From IMG/VR virus record IMGVR_UViG_3300042549_006728: a stretch of 64,000 nt of DNA, one strand, 5' to 3'. Numbering within the stretch: position 1 is the stretch's first letter; the number at the start of each line of letters is the position of its first letter. The DNA is from a virus (taxonomy: Duplodnaviria; Heunggongvirae; Uroviricota; Caudoviricetes). Of this stretch, positions 10,180-19,786 are shown piece by piece. The position numbers and the translations under genes were made by a program. The notes under the pieces were generated by a model. It worked only from the letters and a program-made list of their open reading frames with translations. It was not told where the DNA came from and did not search any database.

Positions 10180-10977
10180 TTATAATTTAAATTTATTATT
10201 TATGAAAGACTCATCTAAAGTTAAAGACTTATCATATGACTTGGTTTCTATCTCACTTAATTTATCTAAGTACATAGTTCTCCTTAAAACTTTAAACGCT
10301 ATATTCTCAAATGAGTACTCACCCTCCCTATCTAAACCAGTCTGTCTCATTTTTTTGATTTTATCTTTAAGATTTTTAACCATTCTAATAGTTTTATCGT
10401 ATTCACCTGATTTATACATTAGATAAATTTCTTCTATTGCATCAATTATACTATTAACTTTTTGTTCTACTTTTTTAGAATCTATTTCTTTTTTAGTGGA
10501 ATCAGGTTTAACTATCCACCCATCCCATAAAACAGAATAAACTCCACTAGACACATGTGGTTCTTCTGTATCCTGCATATATACTTCTACATCATACGTT
10601 TTGATGGTGATATCATGTGTTTCATTCCATAGATTTTTTTTTGAGTTGAGGTATTCCTTAACTAATTCTTCATTTTCGTCAACATCGACAAAATCGACTA
10701 AAATATGTAAGTCTACATCAGAAAATTTTGACCAATTATAATTTGCCAAACTACCTGTTAATATGACATCTTGAATATCTACCCAACCTATTTTAAGTGT
10801 TTCGAAAAAATCATCCGCAATCATAAGTAATCTTCTTCTTATTTCTAGATGCATATGTTGATCAGTATCAAAAATTTTAGGGTTTAAAGTACTTCTAACT
10901 TCAAAAGAAGATAAATCAATGTTCTCTTTCTTTATTAAGTCACTAACTTCTTGTTCTGTAATTTTTTTAATATCCAT
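10180..10977 (-). CDS. Pol-beta superfamily nucleotidyltransferase
   Basis: hG-S...DxD signature LTGSLANYNWSKFSDVDLHIL, with a third acidic residue in DVEVY. Confidence 0.8.
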   Translation of the reverse strand: MDIKKITEQEVSDLIKKENIDLSSFEVRSTLNPKIFDTDQHMHLEIRRRLLMIADDFFETLKIGWVDIQDVILTGSLANYNWSKFSDVDLHILVDFVDVDENEELVKEYLNSKKNLWNETHDITIKTYDVEVYMQDTEEPHVSSGVYSVLWDGWIVKPDSTKKEIDSKKVEQKVNSIIDAIEEIYLMYKSGEYDKTIRMVKNLKDKIKKMRQTGLDREGEYSFENIAFKVLRRTMYLDKLSEIETKSYDKSLTLDESFINNKFKL

Positions 10978-11049
10978 AAACTTTTTTATAATAAATATAT
11001 TTCTATATGGATAAATATCTAAAAAATAAGAAACGGGCGTAATCTTATT

Positions 11050-11418
11050 TTATCCTTTAATTATTTGTTTTGATTTAACCCCCAATTCCTTATAATGGGA
11101 AAAGTAAGCGTCTATTAGTTTATCTATGCGTGAGTCAGTATATTTTTTACTATCATCGGAAGATATTTCTATTGCCCGATATAGATCAGTTGTATACCTA
11201 TCTGTCATACTATGTACTTCTCTAAAAGTTTCATGAACATTACGTTCAGCATCATCTATTCTTTTATGTAAGTTTTGTTCTACAATATTAATTAAAATAT
11301 GTAGATTTTCTTTTTCTTTAGTTAATTTTTTAACCTTAAGCATATTCCATATAGTAACTGCACTTAATAGCACAATTAATACAGACGCAACACCTAAAGC
11401 GAATGAAATTGTTTCCAT
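11050..11418 (-). CDS. N-terminally membrane-anchored coiled-coil protein
   Basis: Hydrophobic residues 4-25 followed by a heptad-like region; bracketed by a 12 bp inverted repeat. Confidence 0.7.
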   Translation of the reverse strand: METISFALGVASVLIVLLSAVTIWNMLKVKKLTKEKENLHILINIVEQNLHKRIDDAERNVHETFREVHSMTDRYTTDLYRAIEISSDDSKKYTDSRIDKLIDAYFSHYKELGVKSKQIIKG

Positions 11419-11443
11419 AATTTTTATTTTTTATTTTTTGTTA

Positions 11444-11653
11444 TTAATGAAACGCCCGTTTCTCTATATTATTTATTGTAATTATTTCGTACCTCCACCC
11501 ACTGTCTGTGTTGGTATTTAATATTTCACAAAGTTTTGTTGCCTCATCTATACAGTCAGTTTCAAAAACCTCATTTAGTGAATTTAATAATAAAACATGT
11601 AATTTCTTACTGTTTAATACCATAATTTTTTTTATTTGATAACTATTATTCAT
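11444..11653 (-). CDS. Small hypothetical protein
   Basis: 69 aa; overlapping start/stop in the thyA operon. Confidence 0.6.
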   Translation of the reverse strand: MNNSYQIKKIMVLNSKKLHVLLLNSLNEVFETDCIDEATKLCEILNTNTDSGWRYEIITINNIEKRAFH

Positions 11654-11858
11654 ATTTTTTATTTTTTATTTCTTTTTTATAATCTACCCAACTTAACCAA
11701 AACCCAATACCTACTATTACGTTCATACTTATGGATGCCAATATTTCATATACGTCTTCATATATGTTAACACTTAAATGAACATGACCTACCATCCAAA
11801 AAGGTATTGATAGGTTCTGACTAACCCATAATAACATATATTTAATAAAATATTTCAT
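11646..11858 (-). CDS. Small membrane protein
   Basis: 70 aa with two hydrophobic segments. Confidence 0.6.
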   Translation of the reverse strand: MKYFIKYMLLWVSQNLSIPFWMVGHVHLSVNIYEDVYEILASISMNVIVGIGFWLSWVDYKKEIKNKKYE

Positions 11859-12093
11859 ATTTTAAAGCCCATTCCTCACTTATTTTTTTAACCCTATCCT
11901 CAATCAAAGATATATTAACCCCTTCTAATGACATTAAATCTTTCTCAAACTGTGAACCATGATCACTATTCGCAACACTAATTTTTTCTTTAAGAACCGA
12001 TAGTTCGTTTGATGTAAAGAACTCTGTTCCGTGATCAACAATTCTTAATTCTACAAGAATTTTATCATCAAATGTTTTTAATTGGTATATCAT
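11842..12093 (-). CDS. Small hypothetical protein
   Basis: 83 aa, immediately downstream of thyA. Confidence 0.6.
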   Translation of the reverse strand: MIYQLKTFDDKILVELRIVDHGTEFFTSNELSVLKEKISVANSDHGSQFEKDLMSLEGVNISLIEDRVKKISEEWALKYEIFY

Positions 12094-12095
12094 AA

Positions 12096-13346
12096 TTAAT
12101 TTGATAAAGGTGCTTTAATTGTTGGGTGTGATTGATAGTCTTTAATTTCAAAGAGGTCAATTGGATACTTTTCCATATCATAATCGAGTATTCCCGGATG
12201 AATGTCTAATATTGGTAATGGATATGGTTCTCTTGTTCGGGTTGGTAGATTTGGATGATGTTGTTTTAACCAATCTTCAGCTATATTGATTGTATGTTCG
12301 TCCCATTTAAAACCATCTCCATCTGGAAATCTATCGTCAAATGGTGCAAAGTTTGCTAACTTACAACGTTCTTCCAAACTCAATTCTCTACCAATCTGTT
12401 CCTTTGCTTGTTCAATATGATTCAAATATAAATGTGTATCACCTAAGTTACCAATTAATTCATCTGGAACCATGTTAACTAATTTAGCAATGATTTCTAA
12501 TAACAATCCGTATGATGCTATATTAAACGGAAGTCCTAAGAATGTATCTACTGAACGTTGATTCCACATTAGAGAGATTGCTCTGGTTGGAATTTCACAA
12601 TCATTCATTATTTTAATGTTCAAATCTTTTATATATGAATTTGTTTCAGTTCTAAAATTCTTAGTATTGGGTTTAAATATATCGCATCTTTCTTCATAAC
12701 TCAACTCTCTTGTATAAACTTGAAATCCATAATGACAAGGTGGAAGAACCATTTGATATAATTCTCCTGGATTCCATGCGGTAACCATTAATCGTCTACT
12801 GTCTGGGTTTGTTTTAAGGTCGTTGATTAGATTTTCAAGTTGATCACATTTTGACACATCTTTAAATGATGTTACTGATCCATGATCCCAACCACTTGGA
12901 ACTTTATTATATCCACCAAACGCTCTCCATTGTGCCCCATAGATTGGACCTAAATCACCCAATTCTTTAGCGACCATTGGATTTGTTTTTATTTCGTTGA
13001 TGAACTCCTCTTTTGTGAATTTATTAACTGGAGGTGATAAAAATTTACCTTCAGTTTCCCACCTTCTCTCATAATTCTTATACGCATCACCATCCCAAAT
13101 ATGACAATCATTATCAACAAGGTATTTGATGTTTGTATCACCACGCAAAAACCATAACAATTCTGTTACAATAAGTCGAAATGGTATCTTCTTTGTTGTA
13201 AGTAAAGGAAACCCTTCTGACATCTTGTGTCTGATTTGTCTTCCAAATACAGATAGTGTACCAGTTCCAGTACGGTCTTGCTTAGTTACTCCGTTATCTA
13301 GGATATCTTGAAGTAAGTCTGTGTATTGTTTATCTAGTGAATTCAT
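12096..13346 (-). CDS. thyA: Thymidylate synthase with insertions; start probably MNSLDKQY at 13346
   Basis: DRTGTGT, FPLLTTKK, ELLWFLRG, catalytic LPPCH, QRSVDTFLGLPFNIASY and GDTHLY motifs. Confidence 0.95.
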   Translation of the reverse strand: MNSLDKQYTDLLQDILDNGVTKQDRTGTGTLSVFGRQIRHKMSEGFPLLTTKKIPFRLIVTELLWFLRGDTNIKYLVDNDCHIWDGDAYKNYERRWETEGKFLSPPVNKFTKEEFINEIKTNPMVAKELGDLGPIYGAQWRAFGGYNKVPSGWDHGSVTSFKDVSKCDQLENLINDLKTNPDSRRLMVTAWNPGELYQMVLPPCHYGFQVYTRELSYEERCDIFKPNTKNFRTETNSYIKDLNIKIMNDCEIPTRAISLMWNQRSVDTFLGLPFNIASYGLLLEIIAKLVNMVPDELIGNLGDTHLYLNHIEQAKEQIGRELSLEERCKLANFAPFDDRFPDGDGFKWDEHTINIAEDWLKQHHPNLPTRTREPYPLPILDIHPGILDYDMEKYPIDLFEIKDYQSHPTIKAPLSN

Positions 13347-13463
13347 TGACTGTAATTTTAACTTTGCCTGACGTAACCATATCAATTACCTTCATACATT
13401 CCTTCATGTTTTTACAACCACTTAGGTCCACTTGAATCAAGTGTCTTTTTTTAACTTTATCGT

Positions 13464-13760
13464 TCATATAGTATTTTTAATAACATTTATTTGTTCTAAC
13501 ATTGGTGAAACGTCTATAATATTTTTAGATTTCTCAAAAGTATATTTTTTAATTACAGTATTAAGTAATTTACCCTGACTATCACTAGACTCAAATTGTT
13601 TATAATCCTCATTTGTTACATTGTTATAAACATACTGAGTTCCTGATTTAAAAATAACTGCCAATTTTTTTTCTTTTTTTAAGAATTTTGACCCCAAAAC
13701 ATTAGAGGAATCGTACAGACATTCAATAAAATCGTCTTCTTCGTGTTTTAATAATACCAT
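13464..13760 (-). CDS. KTSC domain protein
   Basis: DSSNV...LAVIFKSGTQYVYNNV...Y..F..S.S.GK..N..IK pattern. Confidence 0.75.
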   Translation of the reverse strand: MVLLKHEEDDFIECLYDSSNVLGSKFLKKEKKLAVIFKSGTQYVYNNVTNEDYKQFESSDSQGKLLNTVIKKYTFEKSKNIIDVSPMLEQINVIKNTI

Positions 13761-13763
13761 AAT

Positions 13764-13988
13764 TTAATTTTTAAATAATCTATATGAATATATGTCTTTC
13801 ATTTCATATATTTTTCCGTCTATAATTGCTGGATCATTTACATTAGAACTTTCTTCTTCAGTAATGATAACATAATTACCTGTTATTATCATTGCAGAAT
13901 CTAAATATTCTATTTTATTTGAAGGTTTTCCTTCACTGTCTTTAAGTAGTAAAATTATCTTACTAAATTTGGGAGCTGATGCTATCAT
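13764..13988 (-). CDS. Small hypothetical protein
   Basis: 74 aa, first gene of the KTSC-thyA run. Confidence 0.6.
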   Translation of the reverse strand: MIASAPKFSKIILLLKDSEGKPSNKIEYLDSAMIITGNYVIITEEESSNVNDPAIIDGKIYEMKDIYSYRLFKN

Positions 13989-14055
13989 TTTATAAAATTT
14001 AAAAAATCATTATTTAACAATTAAATATAGAAAAAAAATACAACATGTAAAGTTT

Positions 14056-14979
14056 TCAAGGGTTGTTAATATGTCTACCTTTTATTTTATAGTAGTTAAC
14101 ATCTATTTCTTTTTCCTCTAATAAATTTTTAGCTATATATGTTTCACCTGTCTCTAAAAAATGATCCATTCTTTTTTTACCGAATATGATATTAAAATCT
14201 ACTAAATCTATACCGATATATTTCCGATTATTTTTTAATGATGCAATTCCTGTTGTAGAAGATCCTGCGAAGGGATCTAATATAATATCATTTTCATCAC
14301 TACCTATTTTAACAAACCATTCTGCCAACTCAACAGTAAAGGGTGCGGGATGTAGGATACTTGAATTGGATTCTGCTGCCGCTATCACAACATTGTGAGG
14401 TAATGACCCATTTACATTGAGTTCTTTCATCTGAGAGTCGTAAACACCATCTCTAGAGTTAATAGTGGTGACAGGTTTTTTAAATCTTTTTTTAGTTACT
14501 TCAGAATGTTCAGTCCTACAATTATCTGCCCTAAATTTAGGTTTATTTGAATTGGAGAAATGGAATACGTATTCATACCTATCAATTGATCTATATTTAC
14601 AATTAGTCGGCATTGCATTTTTCTTAAACCATATATAAGGTTTCGCTACTAAATTCCAACCTTGTTTCCTCATCTTATATTTTAACTCATCTAAAACTGG
14701 ATGAACTACACCATCACTAATTTTATCGTTTATATTTAAGAAAAAACTACCGTTGGGTTTTAAAACTTTTAAAAACAAATCAGTAAATTCTAAAAACCAG
14801 TCGGCATATTCATCGACATGTACTGAACCCACCTCACCATCATCATTACCACTATAATTTTTTCTCATAGAGTAATAAGGTGGTGATGTAAAAATCATGT
14901 CTACCTTTTCACCTTTGGTTATCATTTGCTCTAACACATCTTTTGTGTCTCCTAAAAATAATTTGTATTGACTTTCCAT
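14056..14979 (-). CDS. Orphan beta-class amino-DNA methyltransferase (SPPY motif, probably m4C)
   Basis: Motif IV FTSPPY near the N-terminus, HPAPF, and motif I ILDPFAGSSTT near the C-terminus. Confidence 0.9.
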   Translation of the reverse strand: MESQYKLFLGDTKDVLEQMITKGEKVDMIFTSPPYYSMRKNYSGNDDGEVGSVHVDEYADWFLEFTDLFLKVLKPNGSFFLNINDKISDGVVHPVLDELKYKMRKQGWNLVAKPYIWFKKNAMPTNCKYRSIDRYEYVFHFSNSNKPKFRADNCRTEHSEVTKKRFKKPVTTINSRDGVYDSQMKELNVNGSLPHNVVIAAAESNSSILHPAPFTVELAEWFVKIGSDENDIILDPFAGSSTTGIASLKNNRKYIGIDLVDFNIIFGKKRMDHFLETGETYIAKNLLEEKEIDVNYYKIKGRHINNP

Positions 14980-15035
14980 TAAATAATAATTAAATTTGAT
15001 ACAAATATACTGATATTTATAATATAAAACAAATA

Positions 15036-17516
15036 ATGATGAAAAAAGTCTTACCTAAAGTAAAAAAAGTGATTAATATGTCACTTATACAAGCCAAAAT
15101 GTATGGTGATATAGAAATAAGGATTGAACATATAGTTATATCTTTAATAAATGATTATAATAATAATGCAATTAAAATACTGACTGACTTAGGGGTAGAT
15201 GTAGATATACTCCATAAAAAAATAGAAATGTCGTTATTAAAAGAAAAAAAAGAACAAATTTCAACAAAAAATAAAGAATTACCGTTAGAAGTTACCGCAG
15301 AAAAAATATTAAAAGGATCGGAAAACGAATGTGATAATATGGGAGATGATTTCTTAGATACCCAACATTTGTTATTATCAACATTAAAAGTGAGAAATAG
15401 TGTCGGTAGTTTTCTAAAGGGATTTAAGATTAATTATACAATGGTTAAAAAACATATGGAAAAAAATTTAATACAAAATAGTATCGATCCTATAGATAGT
15501 GATGATGAAAATATATTTAGAGATAATAAAAAATTAAATAAGAAACCGAATAAGACTAATGAAACACCGATATTAGATAATTTTTCTATTGATGTAACCA
15601 AAAGAGCATCGGAAGGTAAAATTGATCCAGTAATCGGTAGAGATGAATCCATTCAAAGAGTTGCCCAAATATTGGCGAGAAAGAAAAAAAATAATCCCGT
15701 TTTAATTGGTGATCCTGGAGTTGGTAAAACTACAATCGTTGAAGGTTTAGCGTTAAAAATAATTCAAGGTGACGCACCTAGAACATTATTAGATAAAAGG
15801 ATTATTTCTTTAGATATTACTTCATTAGTCGCAGGTACTAAATATAGGGGGCAATTCGAAGAGAGGATTAAAGGTGTGGTAGATGAACTTATGAATGTAG
15901 ATAATGTCATTTTATTCATTGATGAATTACATACGATTGTAGGTGCGGGTAATGCGTCAGGATCAATGGATGCGGCGAATGTATTAAAACCTGCACTCGC
16001 TAGAGGTGATATTCAAGTTATTGGTGCAACTACATTAGATGAATTTAGAGAAAACATTGAAAAGGATGGTGCATTGGCAAGAAGATTTCAACAAGTATTA
16101 ATTAATCCTCCTTCAGTAGAAGATACTATTAAGATTTTAAATAAAATAAAATTTTCGTATGAAAACTATCACAAAGTATATTACCCACAAGAAACTATCG
16201 AACAGTGTGTTAAAATGGCGGATAGATATCTTACAGATAGAGAATTTCCTGATAAGGCTATAGATATCTTAGATGAGGTAGGGTCTAGAACACAAGTTAA
16301 CGCTAAACCACCTAAAACTATAAATAATTTAGAAGACAAAATTAACGAAATTAAAGAAAGAAAAAGTAATGTAGTTAAAAAACAAAAATACGAGGAGGCT
16401 GCTAAATTACGAGATGAAGAAAGAGAAGTTAATGATAAATTAGAGTTTGAAAAAGAAAAGTGGTTAGAAACTATCAATAAGGATCGTAAAAAAATTACAC
16501 CTGAAGATGTTAATGAAGTTGTTTCTATTATGACAGGTATCCCGTTAAAAAGACTTAGTGGTGATCAAGGTAGAAAAATGTTAGAGATGGAATCAGAAAT
16601 GATGAAACAAATTATCGGACAAGATGACGCATTAGAAAAAATAGCTAAATCATTAAGAAGAAATAGAGTAGGTATAAGAAACCCTAAGAAACCAATAGGT
16701 TCATTTATGTTCTTAGGACCAACAGGTGTTGGTAAAACACATATCGCAAAGAAATTAGCAGAGTACATGTTTGGGGATGAGGATTCTTTGATACGTCTTG
16801 ATATGTCAGAATTTCAAGAAAAACACTCAATATCTAGACTTATCGGATCACCTCCAGGATATGTAGGACACGAAGAAGGTGGACAATTAACTGAAAAAGT
16901 TAGGAGACGACCATATTCAATTGTATTATTTGATGAGATAGAAAAGGCTAATAAAGAGATTTACAATACACTTCTACAATTATTAGATGATGGACAGTTA
17001 ACTGATAGTTCAGGTAGAAAAGTAAATTTTAAAAATTGTATGGTTATTATGACATCTAATGTAGGTGTTAAAAAATTGTCTGATTTTGGTACTGGTGTCG
17101 GATTCGGCACCAAATCAAAAATAGAAAGAGAAGAATCTATTAAGGATGGGATGTTATTAGATGAACTTAAAAAACAATTTCCACCAGAATTTTTAAATAG
17201 GTTAGATGACGTAGTTATTTTCAAAACATTAACCAAAGAACAAATCTCTAAAATTGTTGAGTTAGAAATTGATAAATTAGTAGATAGGGTTTCTGAAATA
17301 GGATTTACCTTACAAATTAATAAAACTGCTAAAGATTATTTAGTGGAACAAGGTTACGATAAAGAATATGGTGCTAGACCACTGAATAGGGCGATACAAA
17401 AATATATTGAGGATCCAGTTTCGGAAGAAATTTTAAGTGGTAGAGTTAAAAAGGGTCAAACTATAAAAGTTAGTTATATTAAAGCTAAAGAAGATATTGT
17501 AGTTAAAAGTGAATAA
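15036..17516 (+). CDS. clpC: ClpC-type Hsp100 AAA+ ATPase
   Basis: Clp N-domain repeats, NBD1 [14 protein letters not shown], short UVR middle domain ([13 protein letters not shown]), NBD2 [12 protein letters not shown] pore loop and GARPL. Confidence 0.93.
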   Translation: MMKKVLPKVKKVINMSLIQAKMYGDIEIRIEHIVISLINDYNNNAIKILTDLGVDVDILHKKIEMSLLKEKKEQISTKNKELPLEVTAEKILKGSENECDNMGDDFLDTQHLLLSTLKVRNSVGSFLKGFKINYTMVKKHMEKNLIQNSIDPIDSDDENIFRDNKKLNKKPNKTNETPILDNFSIDVTKRASEGKIDPVIGRDESIQRVAQILARKKKNNPVLIGDPGVGKTTIVEGLALKIIQGDAPRTLLDKRIISLDITSLVAGTKYRGQFEERIKGVVDELMNVDNVILFIDELHTIVGAGNASGSMDAANVLKPALARGDIQVIGATTLDEFRENIEKDGALARRFQQVLINPPSVEDTIKILNKIKFSYENYHKVYYPQETIEQCVKMADRYLTDREFPDKAIDILDEVGSRTQVNAKPPKTINNLEDKINEIKERKSNVVKKQKYEEAAKLRDEEREVNDKLEFEKEKWLETINKDRKKITPEDVNEVVSIMTGIPLKRLSGDQGRKMLEMESEMMKQIIGQDDALEKIAKSLRRNRVGIRNPKKPIGSFMFLGPTGVGKTHIAKKLAEYMFGDEDSLIRLDMSEFQEKHSISRLIGSPPGYVGHEEGGQLTEKVRRRPYSIVLFDEIEKANKEIYNTLLQLLDDGQLTDSSGRKVNFKNCMVIMTSNVGVKKLSDFGTGVGFGTKSKIEREESIKDGMLLDELKKQFPPEFLNRLDDVVIFKTLTKEQISKIVELEIDKLVDRVSEIGFTLQINKTAKDYLVEQGYDKEYGARPLNRAIQKYIEDPVSEEILSGRVKKGQTIKVSYIKAKEDIVVKSE

Positions 17517-17519
17517 AAA

Positions 17520-17551
17520 TTTGGCAGTATAGATATTTCTTATTATATTTG
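17520..17551 (+). promoter_or_regulatory. Bacteroidota sigma-A type promoter (-33 TTTG / -7 TAnnTTTG), representative copy
   Basis: TTTG at 17520 and TATATTTG at 17544. The same -7 box occurs at 24318, 29145, 29889, 33136 and 54333 (+), and at 15002, 36650, 51498, 56176 and 60339 (-). Confidence 0.75.
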
Positions 17552-17572
17552 TTTTTATAAAACTATAACGAT

Positions 17573-18205
17573 ATGAAGAAAATAATATTAATTACTTTGT
17601 TATTAAAGTCATTTATAGTAATGTCTCAGAACATAGTTTATCATGGTTATAAGTCTATTCCTTTTAGTTCTGATGTGTGGAGAGTCGAATATAAGGGATA
17701 TGGTGATTCTTTAGTTGGGGTAATTTACCCAAAGGATAGTAAATACTTTAAAATGAATTTTATACCTGTTAGAGATAAAATAGATAAAGATAAAGTTGTG
17801 TCTTATTTACTACCTTCATTCAATCAATTTAGAAAAGAACACAAGTTAAGTACTGCAACAGAAAATAAGGTTTTAACTGAAAAGGCAACTGAATGGGTTA
17901 AACAAATACCTCATATTATGATTGCAGAACACTCTAATATCTTAGAACATCCACTTAAAAAAGAATCTGAGTGGATAAGTGAAGGAATTTGTAGTATTCC
18001 ATATACCCAATTAACTATGGTGTCTGATACAATGGATATTAATAAAGTATTGGCAGATTGTATCTATGACGCACTTTCTATTTGTCCTGCACACGCATCA
18101 GATTTAATTCATGTATGTAGTAATTTTGAAATTGGGTTTGGTTTAGATTATAGAAACACTGAGATAATTGTGGTATTACAATATAGAAACAAAAAAGGGG
18201 GTTAA
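17573..18205 (+). CDS. Secreted CAP/SCP-like domain protein
   Basis: Signal peptide, then N..R..H.L...L...A..W...HS...H...L...IG.G pattern; host-type promoter upstream. Confidence 0.55.
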   Translation: MKKIILITLLLKSFIVMSQNIVYHGYKSIPFSSDVWRVEYKGYGDSLVGVIYPKDSKYFKMNFIPVRDKIDKDKVVSYLLPSFNQFRKEHKLSTATENKVLTEKATEWVKQIPHIMIAEHSNILEHPLKKESEWISEGICSIPYTQLTMVSDTMDINKVLADCIYDALSICPAHASDLIHVCSNFEIGFGLDYRNTEIIVVLQYRNKKGG

Positions 18206-18222
18206 TCACCCCCTTATTATTT

Positions 18223-19593
18223 TTACCATTTCATACACTTCGTTGTACGTAATTTCTTCTTTTTACTTTTAAATAATTTAAATTTCCTGTGTCTTTTATT
18301 TCTTTTATTCCATCTTACAATTATTTCAGGTAATCTGAAAGAAATCCCAATATATTTTGGTTTACTGTAAAAACTAACATTATATTCTTTTGTTGGTATG
18401 TCAATGGATACTACTTCCATTTTTGGTTCATCATCTTCTTCACTACCTTCTTTTGGATCAGGTTTTTGATATTTAGTATTTGCCAAAATTGACATTCCTG
18501 CAATACAATATTTATAATCATCATATGAAGTCTTATCTTTTAAAGGTGTACCATATTCATCTCTTTTTTCACTAGCCTTAGTAGAGTTGGGTGGTAATGC
18601 GGTAGACTCTTTGCCATCTGTTGCAACAAACAAACCATTAGGTGTATTAGGTCCTGATGAACCATCACCATTTTCACCATCAGAATTTTGTGATATGACT
18701 GTTTCACTATCTATTAGTACACCTATTTCTTTAAGTTTACTATAAATAAAATCTTTTGCAGCATTATTCCTATTTTCCGATAATTTTTTAAATGTTAAAT
18801 CTTTGGCATCTCTACTATTTCTGAATCTAGAACAAGATGTTATTATTTCTAATTCCTCTAAGAAAAATGTAGGTTCTCCTTCTGGTACATTTAAACCTGC
18901 TTTAATTTCTCTTAGTGGTGCTAAAACCTCTTGTTCTAAACTATCTGAGAATGCTTGTGTAGGTGCCCATTTATTGTCCTCAAAAAATGTATTTGACGGA
19001 CCATTAACAGGAAACTCTATAGGTAAACTAACTGAGTTAAAATTACTTGGTACTTTATCTTCATCAGGTGGTTTAGGTAGGTCTTTTAATTCCTTTTTTA
19101 TACCGTCTTCGGTATTACAGAATACATATTGCCATTTATATTCGTCAAACGTTCTATTAAATTCTTCTAATGAATAAACCGCATATCCGATATGTTCAGG
19201 ATCCTCTTTTAAAGTTTGCCAATTACCCTTACTTGTTGACGACATTCTTTTAACCATATTACCGTCAGTAGACAAAAATTCTTTCCATCCTGTCAACTCA
19301 TCGTCTAATGGATCAGTCTCAATCTTACCTTTGTAACCCTTTTCGTCAACAATTTGACTACCTTCTTTACCTATTTGGAATCCTAAGTGTCTTCTTTTAC
19401 CTTTACTTGTATTAAAAGTGAATCCACCTGACCCAACTCCTTTTGAACCTGGCCAAAATTTCAAACCTAATTTCCATCCTTTGGTACCTTGTTCAGATAG
19501 AACATCATGTGAATTTTCACTTATGGTAAATTCCATAAGTCTTTTTATCCTACTAATTTCTTCATTTAAATTTATTAATAAATTTTTTTTCAT
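18223..19593 (-). CDS. Hypothetical protein with LNEEISRIKRLM leader
   Basis: 456 aa ORF with a basic C-terminus. Confidence 0.75.
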   Translation of the reverse strand: MKKNLLINLNEEISRIKRLMEFTISENSHDVLSEQGTKGWKLGLKFWPGSKGVGSGGFTFNTSKGKRRHLGFQIGKEGSQIVDEKGYKGKIETDPLDDELTGWKEFLSTDGNMVKRMSSTSKGNWQTLKEDPEHIGYAVYSLEEFNRTFDEYKWQYVFCNTEDGIKKELKDLPKPPDEDKVPSNFNSVSLPIEFPVNGPSNTFFEDNKWAPTQAFSDSLEQEVLAPLREIKAGLNVPEGEPTFFLEELEIITSCSRFRNSRDAKDLTFKKLSENRNNAAKDFIYSKLKEIGVLIDSETVISQNSDGENGDGSSGPNTPNGLFVATDGKESTALPPNSTKASEKRDEYGTPLKDKTSYDDYKYCIAGMSILANTKYQKPDPKEGSEEDDEPKMEVVSIDIPTKEYNVSFYSKPKYIGISFRLPEIIVRWNKRNKRHRKFKLFKSKKKKLRTTKCMKW

Positions 19594-19598
19594 AAGTC

Positions 19599-19751
19599 TT
19601 AATAACTTCTTCTGTTAGTTCTTCTTCCTGAAAATTTTCTAGATTCTGAGATTTGATTTATTTTTTCTCTTTTAACTTCATTAACAATAGTCTCTATAAG
19701 ATTAACCATTTCTGATTCAGTTAATCTAATTGTTTTTTTACTTCTTCCCAT
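19599..19751 (-). CDS. 50 aa leader-dominated peptide (MGRSKKTIRLTESEMVNLIETIVNEVK...RRSY)
   Basis: Manual translation, below the ORF-track cutoff; matches the LTES leader class and fills the intergenic gap. Confidence 0.7.
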   Translation of the reverse strand: MGRSKKTIRLTESEMVNLIETIVNEVKREKINQISESRKFSGRRTNRRSY

Positions 19752-19786
19752 TTTATTTATTTTATATTTTTATATTATTTAATCTA

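Noticed and set aside
12096-13346. Intron or intein in thyA, or an intein in the terminase
   Set aside because: The reading frames are continuous, the inserts are short and lack C/S...HN intein ends or endonuclease motifs, and the terminase is of normal length.
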